Origin: an uncultured virus (IMG/VR IMGVR_UViG_2617271287_000001)
Taxonomy: Duplodnaviria; Heunggongvirae; Uroviricota; Caudoviricetes
Reading direction: 5' to 3' (one strand)
IMG/VR virus record: IMGVR_UViG_2617271287_000001
Span: 62,001-89,449 of that record
DNA: 27,449 bases
Of this stretch, positions 16,090 to 25,825 are shown one piece after another. Below the pieces are notes generated by a model. That model had not been told where the DNA came from and ran no database searches. It saw only the letters and a list, made by a program, of their open reading frames with translations. Each line of letters opens with the position of its first letter. The stretch's first letter is position 1. The position numbers and the translations under genes are program-made.

Positions 16090-18802
16090 GCCTCTGCGCC
16101 AGTACCCCATCCGCGCGCGGATGCCAATCGACACTTGGCTGCGCGGGAACGTGGCGAGCTATCGCCGCAATCGGCGCCGTATCCGCCGGGGGGAGCTGAA
16201 CCCGGTGAGCATCGCGGTCAACGGTCAACTCGTTCACTTCAGCCGCTGGCGCGTGACCGAGATCGGGCCAGACGACGAGGTCCACATCTGGAAAGAGCCG
16301 AAGGGCATCGACCCGATCTCGATCACAATCGCCGCGATCAAGAGCGCCCAGGCGCTATTCCGGTTGTTCATGCCTCGGATCAAGATGCCGAGCACCCAGA
16401 ACCCGCGCCAGGGCGACCCGTTGGAGAGCGCGCGGACCAAGGCGAACCAGGTCCGCTACGGCGACATCGTCCGGGAGGCGTTTGGCCGGAACAAGATCTA
16501 CCCCGACTACATCGTCCCGCAATGCCGGCGTTTCCCCAGCGAGCGGACGGAGTGGGTCCAGATGCTGCTGGCGGTCGGGATCGGCGACTACGAGATTCAC
16601 CCCAGCGACATCATGATCGGCGACACCCCGATCATTTCGCTCGGCGATAACGCCCGGTACCGCATCTATCGGCCGGGTGAGAGTGTGTCCGGCGACCCGG
16701 CTGCGGAGTGGTGGCACTCGGTTGCCGAGGTCGGCGCCACGGCGACGGGCACCGCGGGGATCGACCTCCGGACTACCACCACGGTCGACCAGTCTGCAAA
16801 CGCCCAGGCGTACCAGTTCGACGGCGACCTGGTCACCGTTCCCGTCGGGGCCGGCCAGTTCCCCACTGGCTGGGCTGCCGGGATGATCGTCCGCGTCGAA
16901 GTGATGTATCAGTACAACGTCACCGCAGGCACCGGAGTGGGCGGTCGAGACACAATCTCCGGCCCGCTCGCCCAGCTCGGCGCGTTCCCAGGCATGGTTA
17001 TCGAGGTCACCGGGGCGAACGAAGGCATCTACGTCGTCAACAGCTACACCGCGCCGGCAGGGTCTACGCCAGCGTCGATGACGCTCAACACCACCAGCGG
17101 CGCGCCCGTTTCTGGGTTGCAGTACGGAACCGGCTGGGCGTGTATTGGATACCGCGGGCTCCGGTACCGGATCACCGCTGCGAGCTCCAGCCAATTGGCG
17201 TTGGACCGGTTGACCGATACCGGCTCCGACGACATTGCCTGGCCTGGATTCGACTACATCGAGAGCAACTCGGCGGTCCTGAAACTGGACGGCTCCACGC
17301 TGGAGGGAGACTGGGCCGGCCCGTTCGCAGGGAACCCGGAGGCCGAGAAAGCCACCGCGATCGAGTTCGACTACATGTTCCCGCAAGGCCTCGGCGGCGT
17401 GGATAAGAAGGGGAGACTCTTCAATTGGCAGGTCGAGATTGAGCTTCAGTGGCGCGACATGGCCCTGGCCGGCGCATGGACCTCGTACCGAGAGACCATC
17501 AGCCGGGCGACTCTGGACCAGATCGCGTTCACGCGCCGGATCAACCTGCCGTATGCAATGCGCCCCGAGGTCAGGATGCGTCGGATCGGTGCGAAATCGA
17601 CCGAGACCACCATCCAGGACACCGTGCAGTGGTATGGCCTACGGGCCAGGCTAGCGAGCCCGTCGTCGTACCCCGGAATGACCGTCATTTCAGTGGCGGT
17701 CGCCGGCGGCGGCCGCTTGGGTGCGCAGTCCGAGAATCGGGTCTCGGTGATCGGTACCCGGATACTCCCGACGCGCCAGAACGGCGCGTGGACGGAGCCG
17801 CGGCCTGTCCGGGATCTGGTGGCGCCGTTCTGCTACGTCGCGAAGTCCGTCGGCTACGAGGATGCAGACCTCGACCTGGTCGAGATCGATGCACTGGCCG
17901 ATATCTGGGCGCAGCGAGGCGACACGTTCGATCACCAGTACGAGTCGACGTCGACGGTGAAGGAAGTGCTGGGCGATATCCTCGCCGCGGGATTCTCTGA
18001 ACTGACCATTGGGCGCGGGCGGCTGCGTCCGGTTCGCGATGGGCTACGCGAGGGTGTCGATCATCTCTACACCACGCCGGCGGCGAATGGCGAGGTCTGG
18101 GCCTACTCGGCACAGAACATGAAGGGGTCGCTGTCCAGAACCTTCAGCACGCCAACTCCAGACGACAACGACGGTGTCGACGTCGAGTACATCGACGGCC
18201 GCACGTTCCAGAAAAAGACCGTTCCATGCCGCCTGCCTGGCCAGTTGGGGTTGAAGCCCGAGAAGGTCAGCGCGGTCGGGGTGAGCGACGTCAACAAGGC
18301 GTATCAAAAGGGCATGCGCCGAGCGGCAGAGCAGCGCTACCGGCGTTGGAACTACTCGTTCGAAACGGAACTCGACGCGAACAATAGCGGCTATCTCAGC
18401 CTCGCCGCTGTGTCGGATGACACGCCGGGGAGCGGCCAGAGCGCATTCCTTAAGTCGCTCACGCCCCAAGGCACCGGCTTCGTGTTAGAGAGCAGCGAGC
18501 CGCTGGACTGGGCATCTATGGCAATGGCGAGGGTCGCCCTGCGCAAGCCGGATGGTCGCGTAGACGGCCCCTGGAGGGCATCGAGAATTGACGAATACCG
18601 CATGTGGGTACCCTCACTTGGTTTCGTCCCCGATCTCTCCTGGACCCGTGAACCGCCGCATCTCCTGTTCGGCCGCATCCACCCGGTGCTGATCACCGGC
18701 GTGGACCCGAAGGGCCTCGAGAGCTGCTCCGTCCGCGGCGTGAACTACGACGAGCGGCTCTACATCAACGACAACGCCACCGCGCCGCCTGAAGCGGTCT
18801 AA
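16055..18802 (+). CDS. Central tail tip/host-specificity protein (gpJ/TipJ-like, 915 aa)
   Basis: Size and position; 'REAFGRNKIYPDY', 'DGVDVEYID', 'VNYDERLY' motifs. Confidence 0.88.
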   Translation: MIEFFANKLDPEPLRQYPIRARMPIDTWLRGNVASYRRNRRRIRRGELNPVSIAVNGQLVHFSRWRVTEIGPDDEVHIWKEPKGIDPISITIAAIKSAQALFRLFMPRIKMPSTQNPRQGDPLESARTKANQVRYGDIVREAFGRNKIYPDYIVPQCRRFPSERTEWVQMLLAVGIGDYEIHPSDIMIGDTPIISLGDNARYRIYRPGESVSGDPAAEWWHSVAEVGATATGTAGIDLRTTTTVDQSANAQAYQFDGDLVTVPVGAGQFPTGWAAGMIVRVEVMYQYNVTAGTGVGGRDTISGPLAQLGAFPGMVIEVTGANEGIYVVNSYTAPAGSTPASMTLNTTSGAPVSGLQYGTGWACIGYRGLRYRITAASSSQLALDRLTDTGSDDIAWPGFDYIESNSAVLKLDGSTLEGDWAGPFAGNPEAEKATAIEFDYMFPQGLGGVDKKGRLFNWQVEIELQWRDMALAGAWTSYRETISRATLDQIAFTRRINLPYAMRPEVRMRRIGAKSTETTIQDTVQWYGLRARLASPSSYPGMTVISVAVAGGGRLGAQSENRVSVIGTRILPTRQNGAWTEPRPVRDLVAPFCYVAKSVGYEDADLDLVEIDALADIWAQRGDTFDHQYESTSTVKEVLGDILAAGFSELTIGRGRLRPVRDGLREGVDHLYTTPAANGEVWAYSAQNMKGSLSRTFSTPTPDDNDGVDVEYIDGRTFQKKTVPCRLPGQLGLKPEKVSAVGVSDVNKAYQKGMRRAAEQRYRRWNYSFETELDANNSGYLSLAAVSDDTPGSGQSAFLKSLTPQGTGFVLESSEPLDWASMAMARVALRKPDGRVDGPWRASRIDEYRMWVPSLGFVPDLSWTREPPHLLFGRIHPVLITGVDPKGLESCSVRGVNYDERLYINDNATAPPEAV

Positions 18803-18815
18803 CCGCCAACACACG

Positions 18816-18839
18816 AACCCCGCCCAGTGCGGGGTTTTT
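18816..18839 (+). terminator. Rho-independent terminator between tail tip and tailspike
   Basis: AACCCCGC-ccagt-GCGGGGTT then TTT. Confidence 0.75.
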
Positions 18840-18856
18840 GCTTTCTAGGAGCAGCC

Positions 18857-20932
18857 ATGCCCGTCCGCTACAACACCATGAATCCGGTCGAGCCCAATGG
18901 ATCGTCCGACTTCCGCGACGCCCACGACAACACCGGCAACCTTGATCTCGCGATGAACGGGACGGCACTTGCTTGGACGGACCGTCTCGGCCGTTCTAAA
19001 AAGTCCTGGGTAGGCATCGAGGATCAGGTAAACACCTTCCTCGCCCGATCTGGGTTCGAGTTGCCACCGTTGCAGTATGTTGACGGCACCCCGCTTGTGG
19101 TTGACTCGCCCGCCAAGCTTATCGAGCGCGGCGGGAACCTCTACAGCGTCAAACTGCCGGCATCGTTCCCTATCGAGCTCTCCGGCACCTGGTCCGCCGA
19201 CGAGCCGCTGCTCGTATTCCGCAACGACCAGTCGCTCCGCCAGGAGCTCGCAGAGCAGGACGGTGGCACCCTTGTCGGCTGGAAGCGGACTCAACTTTCC
19301 GCGTCGATCGACACCATTCAGCAACTCGCGGACTCTATTCCGATCCGGGTCTGGGAGTTCGCGTCGCTCGTCTCTGACAAGCCGTCGGCGGACCCGTCGA
19401 CCTGGAACTGGACTCCGGCGTTCCAGGCGATGGTAGATACCGCTGAGTCCTACATGCAGTCATCTGGAGCAAGGCGAATCACCTGCTATGCCGGGCCTGG
19501 CACGTTTCTGATTGACTCAATTGTGTGGCGCTCTGGTGTGCACATGTATTTTGGAGGTGCTGAGCTAAAAGCTCATCCTGACTCTATAGATGGAAACTCG
19601 CTAATCAACGCAAGCCTTAAACTAAGCGATATCGGGTTCTATGGTCCTGGTATAGTTAACGGTGATAAGGATATTTTCGGGCCGGAACATAGGCAGCACG
19701 GAATTCATTGCGTGGCAAAAAGAGTAAAGGTAAAGGATCTTTACATTGAGAATATAGGAAGTAGCTCGGTTTTCTCGCTGGGTGATGGTGTAATTTTTAG
19801 GCCAACAATCCCAGAGGGAGATTTTCAGTGCGAGGACTGTGAGGTCTCAGGGTGCACATTTAGCAATATAGAAAGACAGTGTATAACCGTTGAGTCTGGG
19901 TTTAATATCCGTATTTTGTCGAATGGGTTCTATAACAGCACTTACTCTGCTGTTGATATTGAGAATGCTGGGTACACCATGGGAGATGTCGATGGTGTTC
20001 TCTTTCAGGGGAATTATGTTGATGGATGCCTGTATGGTGTTACTGCCGTCAGTGCCCAGCCAGTTGACGCGCAGAGGAATATCGTGTGTGTAGGGAATAC
20101 CTATAAGAATGTGACGGATGCTTATAACTTTCGAGGATGTTCGAATGTTAAGGTAGGTTATGGTGATATTGCCGAGGTAAGTCGGTACGGAGCCTACATC
20201 TACTCAGATGGCGTTACTACAGCCCAGAATATCGAAATATCTGAATTCACCACATCAGGAGGGACGTATGGAGTGTTTGCGCAGGCAGTTGGTGGTGGGT
20301 CTATTAGTAGACTTAAACTGACCAATCTGAAGATTACCGGTACTTCCACCTCGCCGGTCACTGTGCAGAGCACATCTGGCTTGAGGATGGAAGGGGTTGA
20401 CGTACTGATCAACACCGGCACAGGTGTTGTGATCCAGAACTGCGCATCGCCAATTGTCAGAAACGTGAAGATGGTTGGCGCGGTGACACTTTCCGTTCCG
20501 TCAGTGTCGTTCACTGGCACCACTACGAACCCGCGAGTTGGGGGGCTGGATATCTCTGGCTTCACTATTGGCGTTTCTGTCACAACTTCCGCGACGACGA
20601 CAGTTCACAAACTCAGTGATAATGTGTTTTCAGGAGTTGCGACCCCATGGTCGGTGAATCCGGGAAACTACATTAAAGGGCAATTCTCTGGAACCTTCAC
20701 AATGAATGCTGCCGCAAGCATGAACGTCAATAGTGTTGGCATGAATGTAACGTCATCTGTTGTGAGGTTGATTCCCACAAACGCGGCAGCAGCAACGCTT
20801 CAAGCTGGCTCAAAAATGGCCTGGGTGGTCAACTCGGCTTCGAGTAATAACGTATCGTTCAGAGTGCAGACCGCAGATGGAACGGCGGCGGCTGGGACGG
20901 AAACTTTTGCTTTCGTGATAGAGAACCTATAA
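18857..20932 (+). CDS. Tailspike/receptor-binding protein with predicted right-handed beta-helix (putative polysaccharide depolymerase), 691 aa
   Basis: AGGAG RBS; virion-anchor N-terminus '[15 protein letters not shown]...WTDRLG'; '[10 protein letters not shown]...YAGPGTFLI' start of pectin-lyase-like fold; Asn/Gly/Val/Ile-rich repeats. Confidence 0.85.
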   Translation: MPVRYNTMNPVEPNGSSDFRDAHDNTGNLDLAMNGTALAWTDRLGRSKKSWVGIEDQVNTFLARSGFELPPLQYVDGTPLVVDSPAKLIERGGNLYSVKLPASFPIELSGTWSADEPLLVFRNDQSLRQELAEQDGGTLVGWKRTQLSASIDTIQQLADSIPIRVWEFASLVSDKPSADPSTWNWTPAFQAMVDTAESYMQSSGARRITCYAGPGTFLIDSIVWRSGVHMYFGGAELKAHPDSIDGNSLINASLKLSDIGFYGPGIVNGDKDIFGPEHRQHGIHCVAKRVKVKDLYIENIGSSSVFSLGDGVIFRPTIPEGDFQCEDCEVSGCTFSNIERQCITVESGFNIRILSNGFYNSTYSAVDIENAGYTMGDVDGVLFQGNYVDGCLYGVTAVSAQPVDAQRNIVCVGNTYKNVTDAYNFRGCSNVKVGYGDIAEVSRYGAYIYSDGVTTAQNIEISEFTTSGGTYGVFAQAVGGGSISRLKLTNLKITGTSTSPVTVQSTSGLRMEGVDVLINTGTGVVIQNCASPIVRNVKMVGAVTLSVPSVSFTGTTTNPRVGGLDISGFTIGVSVTTSATTTVHKLSDNVFSGVATPWSVNPGNYIKGQFSGTFTMNAAASMNVNSVGMNVTSSVVRLIPTNAAAATLQAGSKMAWVVNSASSNNVSFRVQTADGTAAAGTETFAFVIENL

Positions 20933-20941
20933 CTATGGCGC

Positions 20942-20967
20942 TGGGGCGGTTTACCGCCCCAATTTTT
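20942..20967. terminator. Hairpin terminator between convergent tailspike and acyltransferase genes
   Basis: TGGGGCGG-ttta-CCGCCCCA followed by ATTTTT on + strand. Confidence 0.65.
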
Positions 20968-22916
20968 CAAAGGTTCGTAGCTACATCTCTGCTCTTAATA
21001 AACACGTCGCCGAGTCCAATTCGCTCAAACTCATTTCGATGGCTGACACTGGCTTTCAACATGATCGAGCGAATAAATGCTGCTGTAAGGTGGTTCCAGT
21101 CAGTGATAAACGGAACACCGTCCGATTCATAGGGGCATGCGGACTTCTCATTCGTGCATGTCATCCCTATAAGATCGATATACTCGAATGGTACTGTGTA
21201 GCTTTTGAAAAGTGGTAACTTGGTTATATCCTGTTTTTCAGTTGGGTAAGATGCTATGTCACGACAAATTGAGGCGTCTCTCCATGATACAAACATCGCC
21301 ATGAGGCAAGAGTCGTGTTTCTTACCGTCCATTTGGTAGTAGCTTCCTATGACGTATGTCTTAGGACTTTTTCCAACGGAGTGGACATAGTTTAGTATCT
21401 CAAATCTGAATCGATTCGACGAATATTCAAATGGTCTGTGAGATGTAAGTATTATCTTCTCGACGGATTTCATTAATTCTTTGTCGTTGATAATTTTTTT
21501 GAAGTCTGCGCAGTTTGCTTTGTATGGCGCGCCCAATGGGTCGGACTTTATATCTCCGTTTTCGAATTTTACGTCGCACCCAAGGTATGAGGCTGAAATA
21601 ACTCTGTATTTCGAGTGATCAATAATTGAGTTTAGCGCGGATGACCAGTTTCGCAGGTACGAATCACCAACTATGAATATTGTCTTCGCGTCGGGTGGGC
21701 TAGCGTATTCAGGGACCTTCATTGAGTCTGTTGTGTACTTTGCAAGGATGGATTCCTCGTATGATCTGGCCTCTTTCGAGTAGACCATGTTCATCCTGTC
21801 CGGGAAACCTTTTTGAAGGTGTCCGTATATCCCGGTGGCAGTTACCAGAACGGATGCCGCAGCGGCATAGGAGAGCACGCGAGCGCGACTTGCTCCGCTC
21901 TTACGGAATGGTTTTTCAACGATCCAATACGAAGCTACGGAGAGGGCAATGGTGAGCGCGATGATCAATATCTGCGCTGCGACCGTAAGCTCGCCCATCA
22001 TCTTCACTTTCGCAAGTGCAATGATCGGCTGGTGCCAGAGATACGCGCTGTAGCTAAGTAACCCGATCCAGACCAGAGGCTTGAAGCTCAGCAGGGTGCC
22101 AATGGCTGTTCCTGGGCGTGCAAATAGAATGATTAGTGCTGTACCCATCGTTGGGTAAAGCGCATTTGAGCCAGGGAACGGAGTCGCCTGATCAAATGCG
22201 TAGACCGAGTATGCGATCAATGCGAGGCCAGCTATGCCTCCAATGTGGCTGCCGCGCAGACTCGGCCTCTTGAAGAGGATAAGAGCCACAATTGCGCCAA
22301 CCATCAATTCCCAGGCGCGTGACGGAAGAAGATAGAATGCCGTCATTGGCTCTGCGGACACTGTTATGTCTGAATATATAAAGCTTGCAATTCCGATTGC
22401 GGCAATAGTCGCGCATAGTGCAGAGAAGCCAAATCTCCACAGAATCATTATAACAACTGGGAAAAATATATAATATTGTTCTTCTACCGCAAGGCTCCAT
22501 GTGTGAAGTAGCGGCTTAAGTTCTGCTGCTGAGTCAAAGTATCCTGATTCATACCAGAAAAGAAAATTTGACGAGAAGGTTGCGGTAGAGGCAACGCTCT
22601 GCGCGAACCTTTTCATTTCTTCAGGCGGTAGCGTTATCCACGCGAACGGGATTACGCACAAGATCATCGTAAATAGGACTGGAAGAATTCTTCGCGCGCG
22701 GCGCTCGTAGAATTTGAGAATGCTTAGTTTGTTCTCCTGACGTTCTTTCAGGAGAATAGATGTAATTAGATATCCGCTGATTACAAAAAATACATCTACA
22801 CCAACAAAGCCGCCGCTGAACTGTGAGAGACCGACGTGGAACAGGATTACAGGTAGTACGGCTATCGCTCGTAGACCATCGATTTCAGGGCGATATGCCA
22901 GGAACTTGTTGTGCAT
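20967..22916 (-). CDS. Acyltransferase-3 + SGNH fusion protein (OafA/OatA-type O-acyltransferase), 649 aa
   Basis: ATG22916 with GAAGGGAA RBS; AT3 motifs 'YRPEIDGLRAIAV', 'GGFVGVDVFFVISGYLI', 'FYERRARRI', 'HTWSLAVEEQYY'; SGNH motifs 'IVGDSY' and 'DWNHL'. Confidence 0.93.
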   Translation of the reverse strand: MHNKFLAYRPEIDGLRAIAVLPVILFHVGLSQFSGGFVGVDVFFVISGYLITSILLKERQENKLSILKFYERRARRILPVLFTMILCVIPFAWITLPPEEMKRFAQSVASTATFSSNFLFWYESGYFDSAAELKPLLHTWSLAVEEQYYIFFPVVIMILWRFGFSALCATIAAIGIASFIYSDITVSAEPMTAFYLLPSRAWELMVGAIVALILFKRPSLRGSHIGGIAGLALIAYSVYAFDQATPFPGSNALYPTMGTALIILFARPGTAIGTLLSFKPLVWIGLLSYSAYLWHQPIIALAKVKMMGELTVAAQILIIALTIALSVASYWIVEKPFRKSGASRARVLSYAAAASVLVTATGIYGHLQKGFPDRMNMVYSKEARSYEESILAKYTTDSMKVPEYASPPDAKTIFIVGDSYLRNWSSALNSIIDHSKYRVISASYLGCDVKFENGDIKSDPLGAPYKANCADFKKIINDKELMKSVEKIILTSHRPFEYSSNRFRFEILNYVHSVGKSPKTYVIGSYYQMDGKKHDSCLMAMFVSWRDASICRDIASYPTEKQDITKLPLFKSYTVPFEYIDLIGMTCTNEKSACPYESDGVPFITDWNHLTAAFIRSIMLKASVSHRNEFERIGLGDVFIKSRDVATNL

Positions 22917-22951
22917 CGGATTCCCTTCGGTTGGGCGCGGGTCAGCCGCGA

Positions 22952-22981
22952 ATGATACCGGCTGTTGGGGTTGAACGTCAT
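22952..22981 (-). promoter_or_regulatory. Candidate sigma70 promoter of the acyltransferase
   Basis: Minus strand ATGACG-18 nt-TATCAT, ending about 35 nt upstream of the start codon. Confidence 0.4.
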
Positions 22982-23015
22982 GCCCGCTTTGGCGCGGGCG
23001 CCACTGGAGAACTAC

Positions 23016-23645
23016 ATGCCCATCACTGAGCAGCAACTGCTGCGTATTTACCCGAACGCCGGCCCTCGAGCCGGCGTTTTTGTTGGTGCGCTGAATCGCG
23101 GGATGACGCGGTTCGGTATCACGTCGCCGGTGCGGGTCGCCGCGTTTCTCGCCCAGATCGGCCACGAGAGCAGCCAGTTGAGCCGGCTGGTGGAGAACCT
23201 CAATTACAGCGCCCAAGGCTTGGCGGCGACCTGGCCGAGCCGATACCTCGGCGCCGACGGCCAGCCCAACGCCCTGGCGCAGCGCCTGGCGCGCAACCCC
23301 CGAGCCATCGCCAACAACGCCTACGCCTCGCGCAACGGCAATGGCGACGAGGCATCGGGCGACGGCTGGCGCTTCCGTGGGCGCGGCCTGTTACAGATCA
23401 CCGGCCGGGCGAACTACCGCGCCGCCGGCGCCGGGCTGGGCCAGCCGCTGGAGCAGGAACCCGAGTTGCTCGAGCAGCCGGAGTTCGCTGCGCTGTCGGC
23501 GGCCTGGTGGTGGGCCAGTCACAGCTTGAACGACCTGGCCGACCGCGGCGAGTTCGCTGCCATTACCAGCCGGGTCAACGGCGGCATGAACGGCCAGGTG
23601 GAGCGCCTGGAGTTGTGGCAGCGGGCGAAGAGGGTGCTGTCGTGA
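23016..23645 (+). CDS. Endolysin, glycoside hydrolase family 19
   Basis: GGAG RBS; 'AAFLAQIGHES', 'ENLNYS', 'GDGWRFRGRGLLQITGRANY', 'VNGG.NG' motifs. Confidence 0.95.
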   Translation: MPITEQQLLRIYPNAGPRAGVFVGALNRGMTRFGITSPVRVAAFLAQIGHESSQLSRLVENLNYSAQGLAATWPSRYLGADGQPNALAQRLARNPRAIANNAYASRNGNGDEASGDGWRFRGRGLLQITGRANYRAAGAGLGQPLEQEPELLEQPEFAALSAAWWWASHSLNDLADRGEFAAITSRVNGGMNGQVERLELWQRAKRVLS

Positions 23646-24010
23646 TCTCCGCCCGTGCTTTGTCGGTCGCGCTGGCCTGCCTGCTACTGCTCGGCCTCGG
23701 CGCCGCCGGCGGTGTCTGGCTCGGCGCGCGGCACTACCGGCCGCAGTTGGATGCCGCGAGCGCGGATCTGGCTGCCTGCCGTGCCTCCCGGGGAGAGTTG
23801 GAGTCCGCAGTGGCGGAGCAGGTCCTGCAGGTGGCCGCGCTGCGCCTGGCCGGCGAGCAGCGCGCCCGGGATGCCGCGCAGGCTGTGGATCGGGGGCGGC
23901 AGCAGGCCGCCGAGCAGTATGCCGCGGCACAGGGCCTGCTGAGCCAGCGAACCGCCGGCGAGCAGTGTGCGGCCGCCGAGGTGGTCATTGACCAGGAGTT
24001 GGGGCTGTGA
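23642..24010 (+). CDS. Inner-membrane spanin (Rz-like)
   Basis: GTGA overlap with endolysin; N-terminal TM helix then Ala/Gln-rich coiled coil. Confidence 0.8.
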   Translation: MISARALSVALACLLLLGLGAAGGVWLGARHYRPQLDAASADLAACRASRGELESAVAEQVLQVAALRLAGEQRARDAAQAVDRGRQQAAEQYAAAQGLLSQRTAGEQCAAAEVVIDQELGL

Positions 24011-24270
24011 GAGTGGTGCTGATGTTGGTGATGGTCGCGCTGGCGGGATGCGCCGGCCAGGTCGAGCTTGAGCCGCGCACGGTGCGCGTAGAAGTGCCGG
24101 TGGCGGTGCCGTGCCGAGCACCCGCGGTCGAGGTGCCGGCCTGGGCCGCGGCGGGGCTGCGGAAGGGCGACGATCTCCAGACCAAGGTCCGCGCGCTGCT
24201 GGCCGAGCGCCGGCAGAGGATAGGGTATGAAGCCCAACTGCTGGCGGCCAACAGGGCCTGTCAGAATTAG
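24007..24270 (+). CDS. Outer-membrane lipoprotein spanin (Rz1-like)
   Basis: Signal peptide with LAGC lipobox; Pro-rich segment and C-terminal Cys; GTGA overlap. Confidence 0.82.
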   Translation: MRVVLMLVMVALAGCAGQVELEPRTVRVEVPVAVPCRAPAVEVPAWAAAGLRKGDDLQTKVRALLAERRQRIGYEAQLLAANRACQN

Positions 24271-24305
24271 GAGTAGACTACGGCCTTTTCCTACGGAGCA
24301 GGGCG

Positions 24306-24502
24306 ATGCTGGTTATTCGATTGGCGGGGAAGTGGACGTTAAAGCTGGACCGCCAGATAGGCAGTTCCGGAAAACACGGGATATGGGCATTCCACTGCTC
24401 TGAAAGCACTTTCGCGCCGTCTTCGAACGACCTGCGGCGCACTGCGGCGATCCTTCCAGCCGAGCCCAAGGAAGGCCAGACGGTGGACGTATCGATCTGC
24501 GA
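24306..24502 (+). CDS. Hypothetical protein, truncated by assembly gap
   Basis: GGAG RBS, ATG24306; frame runs into Ns at 24503. Confidence 0.6.
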
Positions 24503-24512
24503 NNNNNNNNNN
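24503..24512. other. Assembly gap (10 N)
   Basis: N run. Confidence 1.
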
Positions 24513-25142
24513 CACGTCTCGGCTGACCGCGTACCACCGGAACGACTCGCTCGGCTCACCCTGGTGGAGCACGATCTGCTCCGCGCGTTCCGGCGGCGTC
24601 GCAGGGTCAAGCCACTCGCGTGCCAGTTCGGGTGACAGCACAACAGGACGCCGATCATGGATGTCGACCATGCCGCCCTCGGCGTCCGCGGTAATGATCA
24701 CGAACCCATGGTGATCTGCCGGTTCGTCATCGAGGCCAGGAAACTGGCCGATGGCCGCGCATAGGATCGGACTCCCGTCCCGGTGTTGGATATGGAACGG
24801 TTGCTTCCGCGCCTCGCCTCCATCGACCCACTCGAACCAGCCCGAGATCGGCGTCAGCGCGCGATGGCGCCACGCGGTGCTGAAGAAGCGTCCATGCGCC
24901 ACCTTTTCGACTCGAGCGTTTATCGGCGCCGCGCGATCACGGGCCCAGAACGGCCTCCATCCCCATCTGATCGCCTGGGCGACCAGGGCGTCCCCTTCCA
25001 ATCTGAGCGTCGTCACTGCCGTCGACGGCGCGACGTTGTAGCGCTGTGGCTGTTCGCCGACCAGGTTGACCAGCATGGCCGGCATCGACAGCGCGTCGAC
25101 GAACTCGTGCAGCCCGGTGTACTGGCTGAGCCTTCCGCACAT
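24513..25142 (-). CDS. SOS response-associated peptidase (SRAP, YedK/HMCES family), copy 1; C-terminus lost in gap
   Basis: 'MCGR' N-terminus with Cys2, 'RYNVAP', 'RWGW', 'INARVE', 'GWFEW', 'IHDRRP' motifs. Confidence 0.93.
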
Positions 25143-25151
25143 TATGGTGCC

Positions 25152-25244
25152 TCACACAGTAGACGCAGCCTTCATGACCAGATAGACGCACATCGCTATA
25201 CCTGCCGCGAGCAGCATGCCTATGGCAATGAAACTGATCTTCAT
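25152..25244 (-). CDS. 30-aa single-TM peptide (MKISFIAIGMLLAAGIAMCVYLVMKAASTV)
   Basis: GAGGG RBS before ATG25244; stop 9 nt before SRAP start. Confidence 0.55.
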   Translation of the reverse strand: MKISFIAIGMLLAAGIAMCVYLVMKAASTV

Positions 25245-25307
25245 GAAATACCCTCGTTGTGACCTGCGATGAGCTGCTGATTGCAAAGAGGGGAAGCAGC
25301 AGAAAGT

Positions 25308-25344
25308 GGAGACTCCGGGAGGTTGGGCAGCTCCTGGAGTCTCC
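25308..25344. other. 14-bp hairpin (terminator or structured RNA)
   Basis: GGAGACTCCGGGAG-gttgggcag-CTCCTGGAGTCTCC, one G-U pair on + strand. Confidence 0.65.
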
Positions 25345-25437
25345 GTGACCATAGGAGAAAGTCACCCAGATAAGGCTAGACATGTTTCGCTTTGGGGCAA
25401 GCGAAGCGGCGCGGTATGGGCTATCGCCTGTGAGGGG

Positions 25438-25614
25438 CTATGGTGGCCAGCGCCATGGTCGGAAGTCATCCGGGATCTGCTCGGCGAGTTGCAGCGTGCC
25501 GCCGGCGTCGAGTTCGATCACGAGGCCGCGCACAATGCCGGCACGCTCAAGCGCCTGGCTCAGGCGCAAGTATGTTATCCCGTCCAGGGGATCCCGGCCG
25601 AGGTAGCCCAGCCG
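25438..25614 (-). CDS. C-terminal part of a second allele of the 171-aa hypothetical protein (N-terminus lost in gap)
   Basis: 'RLGYLGRDPLDGITYLRLSQALERAG...FRPWRWPP' nearly identical to the C-terminus of 25826-26341. Confidence 0.75.
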   Translation of the reverse strand, partial: RLGYLGRDPLDGITYLRLSQALERAGIVRGLVIELDAGGTLQLAEQIPDDFRPWRWPP

Positions 25615-25624
25615 NNNNNNNNNN
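25615..25624. other. Assembly gap (10 N)
   Basis: N run. Confidence 1.
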
Positions 25625-25788
25625 ACGACCAGGGCGTCCCCTTCCAATCTGAGCGTCGTCACGGTCGTCGATGGGGCGACGTTGTAGCGCTCGGGCTGCT
25701 CGCCGACAAGGTTGACCAGCGCGTTGGGAATCGACAGCGCGTCGACGAACTCGTGAAGTCCCGTGTACTGCGAAAGCCTGCCACACAT
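25625..25788 (-). CDS. SRAP peptidase copy 2, N-terminal part only (cut by gap)
   Basis: GGAG RBS; 'MCGRLSQYTGLHEFVDALSIPNALVNLVGEQPERYNVAP' from ATG25788. Confidence 0.85.
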
Positions 25789-25825
25789 CGCATCGCTCCG
25801 GCCGAAGTGGTGCGGTAAGGGTAGT

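Noticed and set aside
18857..23015. Diversity-generating retroelement or invertible tail-fibre switch
   Set aside because: No reverse transcriptase, invertase, template/variable repeat pair or flanking inverted repeats seen
22917..23216. 100-aa N-terminal extension of the acyltransferase ORF
   Set aside because: Overlaps the endolysin antisense; AT3 homology and RBS start at 22916
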